From positions 960,001 to 1,024,000 of the forward strand of contig CAWHAZ010000005.1 of assembly GCA_963827475.1 (NCBI GenBank): a DNA stretch of 64,000 nt, given 5' to 3'. Position numbers and translations under genes: made by a program. The stretch's first letter is position 1. Each line of letters opens with the position of its first letter. The notes beneath the pieces were generated by a model, which was not told the origin of the DNA, did not search any database, and saw only the letters and a program-made list of their open reading frames with translations. This stretch comes from an uncultured Chloroflexia bacterium (lineage in GTDB: Bacteria > Chloroflexota > Limnocylindria > QHBO01). This document shows positions 42,944-52,235 of this stretch, in pieces.

Positions 42944-43663
42944 ATGGCCGAGGGCTCGGTGGAGTGCGCGAACTGCGGCCGCGCCAACCCGGCGTGGGCC
43001 ACGGTCTGCCGTTCCTGCGGCGCGCCCATGCACCCGGCGGCCGCGGACCCGGCCACCGCCCCCGCCGTGGACCGATCCGTGGCCGGGGTCGACCAGGGAT
43101 CGCTGATCGCGATCGGAGCGGCGCTCGGGACGATCGTGGCGGCCATCGTCATCGGCATGCTGGTCGGCGGCATCCTGCCGCCCGCGCCGCCGATCGCCGC
43201 CGCTACCCCGTCGCCGTCCGCCAGTGCCGAGCCGACCCCGGCCCCGACACCGAACCCGAGCGCCAGCGCCGGGTCGCCAGGGCCGTCGTTGACCCCGGGC
43301 CCGGTTCTGCCGGGCACGCTGACCTTCGGCCTGGGCCTGAACACTGAGACCCAGAGAGTGACGAACCCGACGGACACGTTCACCGCCGGCACCACGTTCG
43401 CCCACTCGGTCGAGCTCACCACGCCCTTCGGGGTGACTCAGATCGGTGAGGGCGTGTCGCGGGTCAACGAGGACCGGACCGAGACGCTGGTGATCAACGA
43501 GGCAGACAACGTGATCACCGGCATCAACCCCAACGCCCTGGTCGACGGGTTCACGGTGGAGACGAACGCGCTCCTCGATGCGCTCGGCCCCGGGACCTAC
43601 GTCATGCGGGTCTACCGAGGGTCCGAGCTGCTCGCCGAAGGCACCTTCATCCTCGTCGAGTAG
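42944..43663 (+). CDS. Zinc-ribbon + TM + P/S/T linker + beta-rich domain protein
   Basis: CANCG.AN....VCRSCG, TM helix, ATPSPSASAEPTPAPTPNPS, GPGTY.MRVY.G.ELLAEG.F. Confidence 0.75.
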   Translation: MAEGSVECANCGRANPAWATVCRSCGAPMHPAAADPATAPAVDRSVAGVDQGSLIAIGAALGTIVAAIVIGMLVGGILPPAPPIAAATPSPSASAEPTPAPTPNPSASAGSPGPSLTPGPVLPGTLTFGLGLNTETQRVTNPTDTFTAGTTFAHSVELTTPFGVTQIGEGVSRVNEDRTETLVINEADNVITGINPNALVDGFTVETNALLDALGPGTYVMRVYRGSELLAEGTFILVE

Positions 43664-44495
43664 CCGCCACCTCGTCCCACGCCTCGGCGTACAGGTCGGC
43701 CCGGACCGGCAGGTAGCCGGGGTACGCCACTCGCGCCCGGACGACCTCCTCGCGCTCGAGGGTGACGAGCGCCATCCGGTCGGTCGTCTCGACCAGCGGC
43801 GTGCCCGACGGGTCGATCGCCACCGACGGACCACCGATGAGCACGCCGGCCTCCGGATCGGGTCGATTCACCGACAGGACGTACGTGGCGGAGGTCAGCG
43901 CGCTGGCCCGGAACACGATCTTCCAGCGCTGATAGGTCTTCTCCTCGGTGGCGCGGGGAATGAGGATCGCCTCGGCGCCGAGGGCGCCGAGCAGGTGCGC
44001 TCCCTCCGGCCGGTTGGTGTCAGAGCAGATCTGGATCCCGATCGGCATGCCGAAGGCGTCGATGGGCCGCGCGACCGCCGTCCCAGGGTCGTAGTGGCTC
44101 GTCTCCCAGAATCCGGGCTCCTCGGGGAGATGCAGCTTCTCGAAGGTCGAGACCAGCTCGCCCGCCGCGTCGAACACGAGTGCGCGGCTCGTCCGCCGCC
44201 CCGCCTCGTCGCGATGGATGATCCCGCCCACCAGGCCGATCCCCGCCCGTCGGGCTGCCTCCGCCTGGGCCGTCATCCGTGGCCCGTCCATCGGCTCCGC
44301 GTCGTCGTCGACCGCCTCCTTGGTGGCGGGTCGCCACGGGTGGAGCGGCAGCTCGGGCAGGAGGGCGATGTCCGCTCCCCGGCGAGCGGCCTCGTCCAAC
44401 CGCTGGTCGAGACGGCCCAGGCCGTCCGGCTGCCAGAACACCTCGCTGACGAGGGCGACGGTCAGCCGCCCGTCGGCCCGTTGCACCGCGCTCAT
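43647..44495 (-). CDS. Carbon-nitrogen hydrolase (nitrilase superfamily)
   Basis: Catalytic triad motifs LPEL, EKLHLP and QICSD. Confidence 0.9.
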   Translation of the reverse strand: MSAVQRADGRLTVALVSEVFWQPDGLGRLDQRLDEAARRGADIALLPELPLHPWRPATKEAVDDDAEPMDGPRMTAQAEAARRAGIGLVGGIIHRDEAGRRTSRALVFDAAGELVSTFEKLHLPEEPGFWETSHYDPGTAVARPIDAFGMPIGIQICSDTNRPEGAHLLGALGAEAILIPRATEEKTYQRWKIVFRASALTSATYVLSVNRPDPEAGVLIGGPSVAIDPSGTPLVETTDRMALVTLEREEVVRARVAYPGYLPVRADLYAEAWDEVAATRRG

Positions 44496-44800
44496 TCCTC
44501 TCCCTCCTGCGCCGCGATCACCAGACCAATGAGGTACGAGGCGTTGCGGCTCACGTCGGAGTACTCCTTTGGGCGCAGGCTGCCGAGCTCGTTGTAGCGC
44601 TCGACAAACCGCTCGTGGCCCTTGCGGCCCTCGGTCTGGCCCCAGCTACTCGAGGCCGGCGTGAAGAAGATCTCGCCCGTGCGCGAGATCCCGACCGTGA
44701 ACGACTTCCCGGTGACCGTGGTCAGCGGCCGGCCCTCGAACCGTCGAGCGAGGGCGACCAGGTCGTCGTAGGTCAGTGGCGCCGCCTGAGCAGCGCTCAT
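44492..44800 (-). CDS. Hypothetical protein (102 aa)
   Basis: ATGA overlaps with both neighbours; plausible globular composition. Confidence 0.7.
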   Translation of the reverse strand: MSAAQAAPLTYDDLVALARRFEGRPLTTVTGKSFTVGISRTGEIFFTPASSSWGQTEGRKGHERFVERYNELGSLRPKEYSDVSRNASYLIGLVIAAQEGEE

Positions 44801-45929
44801 CGGTCAGCCCCCTCGCCCAGGAACTCGCGGACCAGGTTCTGGAAGTGGTACACGCCGTTCTCGCGCAGGGCGCTGAACCGGCCCCGGTCGTAGGCCCGCG
44901 ACCGCAGGCCGCGCTGGACCTGCTCGCACAGGACGATGTCCTCCTGCTGGATCTGGTCCGAGAACGCGATCCCCTGCTGCATCGACTCCCACCCGGCTCC
45001 GGTCCCCGGCTCGGCGAAGAACCACTCGAAGATCGTCAGCGTCCGCTCGTGGCCGAGCGGCAGGACGAGGTTCGACGACAGGTTGTCGGGGTAGATGTTG
45101 AACATCGTGTTCGGGAAGACCCAGTAGTACAGGGCGCTGTCCTCGCCGTCGCCGGTCCGCATGAACCGCCGGTCGCGCCCGACCTCCTCGCCCGGCTTCA
45201 GCTCGCGGATGGGGGCGTAGCTGACTTCGAGTAGTAGCGGAACTCCTCGACCCGGTAGGCGTCGTAGTCGACCTCGCGGAACAGGTCCGGGTGGGCAATC
45301 GGCAGGTGGTAGCCCTCGAGGTAGTTGTCGACGTAGACCTTCCAGTTGCAGTCGATGACGTACTCGCGCCGCTCGACGAGCCGCATGTGGTCGATGTCGA
45401 AGCCGGCCGCGGCAACCTCGGCCGGGATCGCGCCGAGGACGTCACCCAGCGGCGGCGCGTCCGGATCCAGGTTCGCGAAGACGAACGGTCCCCAGCGCTC
45501 GACCCGGATCGGGACCAGGCCGTAGTCCTCCTTGCGGAAGTCCTCGGTGGCCTCCATCTCCGGGCAGGCGCGCAGCGTGCCATCCAGCCCGTAGGTCCAG
45601 CCGTGGTATCGGCACTGGAGGCTCTTCCGGTTGCCCTTGGCCAGGGCCACCTGCCCCGCCCGGTGGCGGCAGACGTTGTAGAAGCCGCGCAGCTCCCCGT
45701 CGATGCCGTGGGTGACGACGATCGGCTCGTCGACGATGCTCCCCGGCACGAAGTCCCCGACCCGGCTCAGGTCCTCGGTGCGCGCCACGAGCTGCCAGGT
45801 GCGGGAGAAGATTCGGTCCTTCTCGGCGTCCAGGACGACGGGATCGAGGTAGTAGCGCGACGGGATCGTCGCGGCCCGGGCCAGCGGGACCGATGTTCCT
45901 TCGACCGATGCGGGCGGCATGCCCGTCAC
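44797..45929 (-). CDS. Rieske non-heme iron oxygenase alpha subunit, choline monooxygenase/CntA-like (frameshift near 45220)
   Basis: NVCRHR, CRYHGW, NWKVYVDNYLEGYH.P.AHP, FPN, EDI.LCE.VQRGL. Confidence 0.9.
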
Positions 45930-47827
45930 GGCAGGTCACCGCTCGCGGTCCGCTCTCCCGCGGCGTCGCGACCGTAGGTCAGCTCGCCGCCGGCGTCGGT
46001 CTGTGCCGTCAGGCTGAACGTGCCCTCGTCGTCGTTGATGATCGCGTCGCCGGTCAGTGCCAGGCCCTCCGAGAAGGCGCAGTGGTCGAGCGCGACGGCA
46101 TAGCCGACGTCGTTCGATTCATACGTGATCGTACCGCCGTAGTGACAGCCGTAGGTCAGCGGCGACTGCCCATCCCAGTACCACCAGTCCGGCGAGGTGT
46201 GGATCTCGTCGTCGACCGCGCCCAGGGCGTCCAGGGTCGAGGGGTAGTCGTCGACCGACGCCGCCGGGATCGGAACGTAGGGATCGACCCCGATGAACTC
46301 GCACTCCACCTCGCGACTGTCGGGCAGCGTCCCGCTCAGCAGGTAGGCGTCGAGGAGCTCGTCGGGGCAGGCCTCGCCTCGATACGAGATGACGTGCGGT
46401 CCGCCGGGCTGGGTGATGAGGTACGAGTTGTCGAGGTGAGCGGCCAGCCGTTGCGCGTTGGCGTATGGGGTGTAGGGATCCCACGTGGCGCCCAGGATGA
46501 AGACCGGGTACGGCGTGTCGCCGAGGTACGCGGGTCGCGTCTCCGGCCCGTGCGACGGCCAGTAGGCGCACGGGAGATCGAGGAAGTAACCGCTGCCCAG
46601 CCGCATCCCGTCAACCCCGGCGGCCGCACCGGCCGCGAAGTAGGCGTCGGCCCGCTGGTCGGCCGTGCCGGAACCGAAGGCGTAGTCCCCGCAGTCGACC
46701 GCGAAGTACAGGGCGTCGGACCAGGTCGGGTCGATGAGCGCCTTGAGGGTCTCCGGGTCCTGGCCGAGGGCGCCGTAGAGCAGCCGAGCCATGGGCAGGA
46801 GCTGGCCCCGGGAAGCCTGGGCCATCGCCCGCTGGAGGAACATGCGGTCGGTCGACGGACTCAGGTAGCTGCTCGCCGCAATCTCCAGGTCGTTGAGCCC
46901 AAACTCGCGGCGCTCCACGTCCCCGGATGCGGTCACGAAGTCGAAGCTCATCGGTCCGTCGCGCAGGGCCTCGGCCAGCCGGTCGTAGGCATCCAGGGCG
47001 TCCCCGCCCTCGACGTCGGAGCTGCAGACCGGGCCCGCGGTGCACGTGTCGAGCACGTCCGCCAGCACCGCGCCGGCCGCCTCGGTGGACTCGACGTAGT
47101 AGTCGGGGCCATCCACGGTGAGGTCGACTGGTCCGTCGATGAACAGCGCCGCGACCCGCTCGGGGTGGGCGGCCGCAAAGGCCTGGACGTACTGGGTCCC
47201 GTAGCTCTCGCCAAACAGGACGACCTCCTCCGCGCCGTGCCACCCGAGGAAGGCCTCCAGGTCCTCGACCGCCTGGGCCGTGCTGTACAGGTCCAGGTCG
47301 TCGGGATCGACCCCGGCCTCGGCCACGCAGTCGGCCACGTAGGCCTCGGTGGCGCCGCGGAACGCCTCCGCCTCCGCGGCCGTGCCGGTCGGGATCTCCG
47401 GGGTCGTGTACCAGGCCAGGGACGCCGCGGGGCACTGGAGCGGCTGCGACAGGCCGATCCCCCGCTGGTCGAAGAAGATGATGTCGTAGCGCTCGGGAAC
47501 CTCCGGGTCGAAGTAGGTCGTGTAGTCGTCGGCGACCGCGATGCCGGACGTGCCCGGGCCGCCGGTCGCGTACACGAGGACCCCATCGCGTGTGCCGCTC
47601 AGGGCTCGCTGGATGGCGAACGTCACCTCCCACGTCTCGCCGCCCGCGTCGGCGTGATCGCGCGGGACGTTCAGCGTGACGCAGCTGAAGCCGCTGTCCG
47701 GGCAGCCTCGTTCGCGGACGAAGGTGGGGTCGCGCTCGATGAGCAGCGTCGCCAGCGCCCAGACCCCGATCCCGAGCGCCACGAGCAGGCCGAACACGAG
47801 CAGCGGGCGGCTGGACAGGGCCGACAT
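45926..47827 (-). CDS. Membrane-anchored alpha/beta hydrolase, TAP-like peptidase family
   Basis: TM helix, GGPG.SG, FDQRG.G.S, GESYGT, WDP.TPY, GPH; Cys-rich. Confidence 0.85.
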   Translation of the reverse strand: MSALSSRPLLVFGLLVALGIGVWALATLLIERDPTFVRERGCPDSGFSCVTLNVPRDHADAGGETWEVTFAIQRALSGTRDGVLVYATGGPGTSGIAVADDYTTYFDPEVPERYDIIFFDQRGIGLSQPLQCPAASLAWYTTPEIPTGTAAEAEAFRGATEAYVADCVAEAGVDPDDLDLYSTAQAVEDLEAFLGWHGAEEVVLFGESYGTQYVQAFAAAHPERVAALFIDGPVDLTVDGPDYYVESTEAAGAVLADVLDTCTAGPVCSSDVEGGDALDAYDRLAEALRDGPMSFDFVTASGDVERREFGLNDLEIAASSYLSPSTDRMFLQRAMAQASRGQLLPMARLLYGALGQDPETLKALIDPTWSDALYFAVDCGDYAFGSGTADQRADAYFAAGAAAGVDGMRLGSGYFLDLPCAYWPSHGPETRPAYLGDTPYPVFILGATWDPYTPYANAQRLAAHLDNSYLITQPGGPHVISYRGEACPDELLDAYLLSGTLPDSREVECEFIGVDPYVPIPAASVDDYPSTLDALGAVDDEIHTSPDWWYWDGQSPLTYGCHYGGTITYESNDVGYAVALDHCAFSEGLALTGDAIINDDEGTFSLTAQTDAGGELTYGRDAAGERTASGDLP

Positions 47828-47955
47828 CCGCGGCATGCTAGCAGCCGGACACCGTGCGGGAATCCTTGCCGCGGAGGCGAGCCTCCGTGGTACACCACGG
47901 CCTACATATCGGCGCGCCGTCCTGCCCGACGGCCTGCGCTCCCGAAGGAGGGTTC

Positions 47956-48825
47956 ATGAGCACATTGCGACGTGGTTTGGCCCTGCTGGCCGGCCTCCTT
48001 GTCGTCGCGGCCTGCCAGGGCGGAACGGCGGAGATTCCGGCCACCGTCTGTGTCGGCGAGGCGACGACCTACCTCGACTGGTTGAACGGTGACCTGCTGC
48101 CGGACGTACCCGACGAGATCGTCGAGCCGGCGGATCCGACCGGCGACCTGCTCGAGGATATCCAGGAAGCTGGTGTCCTCCGGATCGCAACCGAGGCGAA
48201 CTACGAGCCGCAGTCCTTCCGTGACCCGGACGGCAACTGGGTCGGCTTCGACATCGACGTCGGGACGGCGATCGCCGAGGGCCTGGGCGTCGAGCCCGAG
48301 TTCCAGCACCAGGACTGGGACATCATCACCGCCGGTAGCTGGGCGGAGCGCTGGGACGTCAGCGTCGGTTCGATGACGATCACGACTGACCGAAAGGAGC
48401 TCTTCGGCTTCGCCACGCCGTACTACTTCACGCCGGCGTACATGGCGGCGAGTGAGCGGTCGGGTGTCACCAGCGTGGACGACCTGCCGTTCGACGTACC
48501 GGATGGCGTCGAGGCGATCACGCGCCCGGTCGATGGGAACTGCATCGAGGACATCGAGGCCGGTCGAACCGAGTTCGACCTTCTCATGACCTCGGGCACC
48601 GTCATCGATTCGGCCGTCGACGACGGCCTGCCGATCGTGAAGATCGGCGAGCCGGTCTACACCGAGAACCTGTCCATCGCCCTCGACAAGGCCGGCCCTG
48701 AGCAGGCGGCGCTCCTCTACGAGATCGACCAGATCATCCAAGGGATGCACGAGGATGGAACCCTCACCGCCCTCAGCGAGGAGTGGTTCGGCGCCGACCT
48801 CACCCAGGATCCAAGCGGCGAGTGA
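47956..48825 (+). CDS. Polar amino-acid ABC transporter substrate-binding lipoprotein (permuted)
   Basis: Lipobox VAAC, YEPQSF, GFDIDV, SMTIT..RK, DGTL..LS.EWFG; AAGGAGG SD. Confidence 0.9.
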   Translation: MSTLRRGLALLAGLLVVAACQGGTAEIPATVCVGEATTYLDWLNGDLLPDVPDEIVEPADPTGDLLEDIQEAGVLRIATEANYEPQSFRDPDGNWVGFDIDVGTAIAEGLGVEPEFQHQDWDIITAGSWAERWDVSVGSMTITTDRKELFGFATPYYFTPAYMAASERSGVTSVDDLPFDVPDGVEAITRPVDGNCIEDIEAGRTEFDLLMTSGTVIDSAVDDGLPIVKIGEPVYTENLSIALDKAGPEQAALLYEIDQIIQGMHEDGTLTALSEEWFGADLTQDPSGE

Positions 48826-48853
48826 GCCGGGAAGGCTGACACCGGCGACCCAC

Positions 48854-48891
48854 AAGGGCGGGGATCGCAAGGGTCCCCGCCCTTTGCCTTT
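48854..48891 (+). terminator. Intergenic hairpin (terminator or mRNA stabiliser) between SBP and permease
   Basis: AGGGCGGGGATC-GCAA-G-GGTCCCCGCCCT followed by TTGCCTTT. Confidence 0.65.
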
Positions 48892-48906
48892 GCATGAGGA
48901 GCCGCC

Positions 48907-49716
48907 ATGACCGTCGCCGTCGGAACCCCGGAGCCCGGTTCACTCCTCGCCCAGATCGAGGCCAGCCAGGCGCGATATCGGTCGATCTTCCGCCTGAAGT
49001 TCTTCCTCACCTGGGCAGCCCTGATCGGTCTGCTCCTCGTCGGCCTGTATGCGACCGGCAACATCGACACCGCGTTCATCGCCGAGTGGGGTCCGTTCAT
49101 CATCGGCGGAGCCGGGCTCACCGTCTTCGTCTCGGCGGTGTCGATCGTGTTCGCCACGATCCTGGCCCTGATCGGCGCCATCGGACGGATGTCCCGCAAC
49201 CCGTACATCAACGGCATCGCCTCGCTCTACGTGTCGCTCGTGCGGGGCACGCCGCTGATCGTCCAGATCTACTTCATCTACCTCGCCCTGCCGCAGCTCG
49301 GCATCGTGCTCGCGGCCATCCCGTCGGGGATCATCGCCCTGAGCTTCAACTACGGCGCGTACATGACCGAGGTGTTCCGGGCCGGTATCCAGGCCGTGCC
49401 GCGCGGCCAGCGCGAGGCGGCCCAGTCGTTGGGTCTCACCGAGCGGCTGGTGATGTGGCGGATCGTCATGCCGCAGGCGTTCCGGATCGTGATCCCGGCC
49501 ATCGGCAACGACTTCGTGGCCATGCTGAAGGACTCCTCGCTGGTCTCGATCCTGGCCGTCGAGGAGCTGCTGTTCCGCTCCCAGCTGGTGGGTCGGCAGA
49601 ACTTCCGAAGCCTCGAGGCACTCGTCATCGCCGCCGCCATGTACTGGATCCTGACCATCGTGTTCAGCTACTTCCAGCAGCGGCTCGAGCAGCGCATGGC
49701 CCGGGGTGACCGATGA
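48907..49716 (+). CDS. Polar amino-acid ABC permease
   Basis: RGTPLIVQ, YGAYMTEVFRAGI.AVP.GQ.EAA, PQA.R, LKDSSL. Confidence 0.93.
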   Translation: MTVAVGTPEPGSLLAQIEASQARYRSIFRLKFFLTWAALIGLLLVGLYATGNIDTAFIAEWGPFIIGGAGLTVFVSAVSIVFATILALIGAIGRMSRNPYINGIASLYVSLVRGTPLIVQIYFIYLALPQLGIVLAAIPSGIIALSFNYGAYMTEVFRAGIQAVPRGQREAAQSLGLTERLVMWRIVMPQAFRIVIPAIGNDFVAMLKDSSLVSILAVEELLFRSQLVGRQNFRSLEALVIAAAMYWILTIVFSYFQQRLEQRMARGDR

Positions 49717-50547
49717 CCGAATCGACTCCGCCGGCGCCAAGCCACGGACACCGGCATCACGAGGTCATTGCCCCGCATCTCGGCGAGCCCATCGTCCGGG
49801 CCGAGGCCATCGAGAAGTATTACGGGCGGAACCACGTCCTGAAGGGAATGGACCTCACCGTCCGCAAAGGCGAGGCGGTCATGCTCATCGGTCGCTCGGG
49901 AAGCGGCAAGACCACGTTCCTGCGCTGCGTGAACTTCCTCGAGGAGCCCTCGGCCGGCTCGGTCGAGATCGATGGCCTGCGGGTGGCGGCCGATCCGCTG
50001 CACGCGCGAAGCAAGGCCCACCTTGAGCAGATCCGCCAGATCCGGATCCGCGCCGGGATGGTGTTCCAGGACTTCAACCTGTTCCCGCACATGAGCGTCC
50101 TCGCACAACCTCATCGAGGCGCCGACGCGGGTCCTGAAGGTTCCCCGGGCAGAGGCCGTGGAGCGGGCGGAGGCATACCTCGACAAGGTGGGCCTTGCCG
50201 AGAAGCGGGACGAATACCCCGCTCGGCTGTCCGGTGGCCAGAAGCAGCGGGTGGCCATCGCTCGCGCCCTGTGCATGGAGCCCAAGGTCCTCCTCTTCGA
50301 CGAGCCGACCAGCGCCCTGGATCCGGACCTCATCGGTGAGGTGCTGAAGGTGATGGAGCAGCTCGCCCACGAAGGCGCGACGATGATCGTGGTCACCCAC
50401 GAGCTGCATTTCGCGCGGGAGGCGGCCGACCGGGTCGTGTTCCTCGAGGAAGGCGGCGTGGCGGAGGAAGGGCCGCCCGAGAAAATGCTCCACGACCCGG
50501 ACGACGAGCGGACCCGCCAGTTCCTCAGGCGATTCCTGGCCGGCTAG
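49713..50547 (+). CDS. Polar amino-acid ABC ATPase (frameshift near 50105)
   Basis: GRSGSGKTT, MVFQDFNLFPH, LSGGQKQRVAIARAL, FDEPTSALDP. Confidence 0.92.
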
Positions 50548-50575
50548 CCGGGCGCGCCTGGGAGGTCCTAGGCGG

Positions 50576-50947
50576 TCACCGCCGCACGCCGTAGACCTGG
50601 GCTCGCGGCAGTCGTGCCGCCTCGTCCTCCGCCCGCACCCGGTCCGTCGCCGGCTTGAACGCCACCGGCGTGTCGCGAGGCTTTCCGCCCTCGTGGGCAA
50701 TCAACCACTGCAGGCCGACCTGGGTGAGCTTGGCCCCGCCGGCCTGACCAGGCTCGATGAACGGAGCGATCAGGAATCGGCGCTGGTGGAGGCGCTCGAC
50801 CGAGACCTGGAGCTCCACCGGGTCGATCCCAAGCTCCGCCGCCAGCGCGTCGAGGTCCAGCTCCCGGTTCGGATACCGGCGCAGGTGGCGCAGGATGGCG
50901 GCTGTCAGCTCGTCCCCGCGCTTGGCGGACGCCTTGGTCGGACTCAC
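50576..50947 (-). CDS. Hypothetical winged-HTH protein
   Basis: AIL..L....LD.LAAELGID...L...V.RL....L...LT..G pattern; TATCAT -10 box 7 nt upstream. Confidence 0.65.
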   Translation of the reverse strand: MSPTKASAKRGDELTAAILRHLRRYPNRELDLDALAAELGIDPVELQVSVERLHQRRFLIAPFIEPGQAGGAKLTQVGLQWLIAHEGGKPRDTPVAFKPATDRVRAEDEAARLPRAQVYGVRR

Positions 50948-51005
50948 GGAACGGATGATACCGATGCGCTCGACGCGACGGCCGCCGGGCGGGAGCGGAA
51001 GTCGA

Positions 51006-52219
51006 CTACGCCGGATCGGGGGCCGGCGCCTCGGCTTCTGCCTGGCGAGCGGCCAGGTAGGCGGCCCGGCGAGCCTGTTCGCGCGCCTCGGCCCGCCGCC
51101 GCATGGGGATGACCACGCCGCGCAGCCCGACGCCGATGAGCGCGGCGATGGGGATGGCGATGATGCCGCCGACCAGCCCGCCGAGCGTGATCCCGGCCGT
51201 CACGCCGAGCATGACGACCAGCGGCGAGATGTTGATCGCCTTGCCCTGGACGGTGGGCGTGATGACCGACCCCTCGATCTGCTGGATGATGATCTGCCAG
51301 CCGATCATCAGCAGCACCGCCCCGGGGCCGACCTCGATGCCGGCGATGATCAGGATGGGCACGAGGGCGAACAGTCCGCCGATGTACGGGATGGCCGCCG
51401 TGAAGAAGGCGATGATCCCCATCGGGATGGCGTACGGGATCCCGATCAGCCACATCCCCACTGCGGTGGCGACGCCGATGAAGGCCATCGAGATGAACAG
51501 GCCCGCGCAGGTACTTGCCGAGGCTGTCGATGCCGGTGGTGAGGATGTAGCGCGTCGCCGGGCGGTCCTCGGTGTCCATGAACTCGAGCACGCCGTTCAG
51601 CAGGTGGCGGCGCTCGATGAGCAGGAAGATCTCGATGATCACGATGATCACGACGTTGGCAATGACCGCGATCGTGGACAACGGTGAGGTCGAGGAGGCC
51701 GCCGAGCAGGAACGAGAGGTCCACGCCGTCCGGGAACAGCTGGTCGTAGGCCTCGCTCCCGATCAGCCCTCGAGCCAGGTCGCGAAACGACTCGACGATG
51801 CCGGGGATCGCCTCCACGAACGCTCCGATCGCGGCCAGGGCCGGGCGAGCCGCCAGCAGGATGACGCCGATCACCACGGCGATGACGACGACATTGACCG
51901 TGATGGCGGCGGCCGGCCGTGACATCCGCTGCTCGAACCGGCGGGCGGTCCCGAGCAGACCTGCGGCGAAGAGGAGCGCCAGGAACACGTTCAGGACGAG
52001 CCCGCGCAGGAGCCACAGCAAGCCGAGCACGAGCACGACGGTGACGACCACGGCCACCACCCGGATCGTGATCGCGATCGGCCCCATGGGCTCCGGTGGG
52101 ACTTCGATCTCGTCCGGTGGCAGGGCCTGCGACATGTCCGCGCCGATGTCGGCCGATGAGCCCTCGACCGTGAACCGGTCGCGCAGGCCGGTCATCGCAC
52201 GGCGGATCTGCTGGGTCAT
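51006..52219 (-). CDS. AI-2E (PerM) family transporter (frameshifts near 51680 and 51500)
   Basis: IPYIG, QQIEG.VITP.VQG, GG..G.IIAIP.AA. Confidence 0.85.
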
Positions 52220-52235
52220 GACGAACGGGTCGCCG

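Noticed and set aside
47868-47935. Overlapping hairpins upstream of the amino-acid SBP as a riboswitch or T-box
   Set aside because: The region is too short and lacks T-box, glycine, lysine or SAM consensus motifs; an Rfam scan would be needed to revive it.
36226-52200. Genomic island integrated at tRNA-Leu(CAA)
   Set aside because: No integrase, no duplicated tRNA 3' end noticed and no obvious compositional shift.
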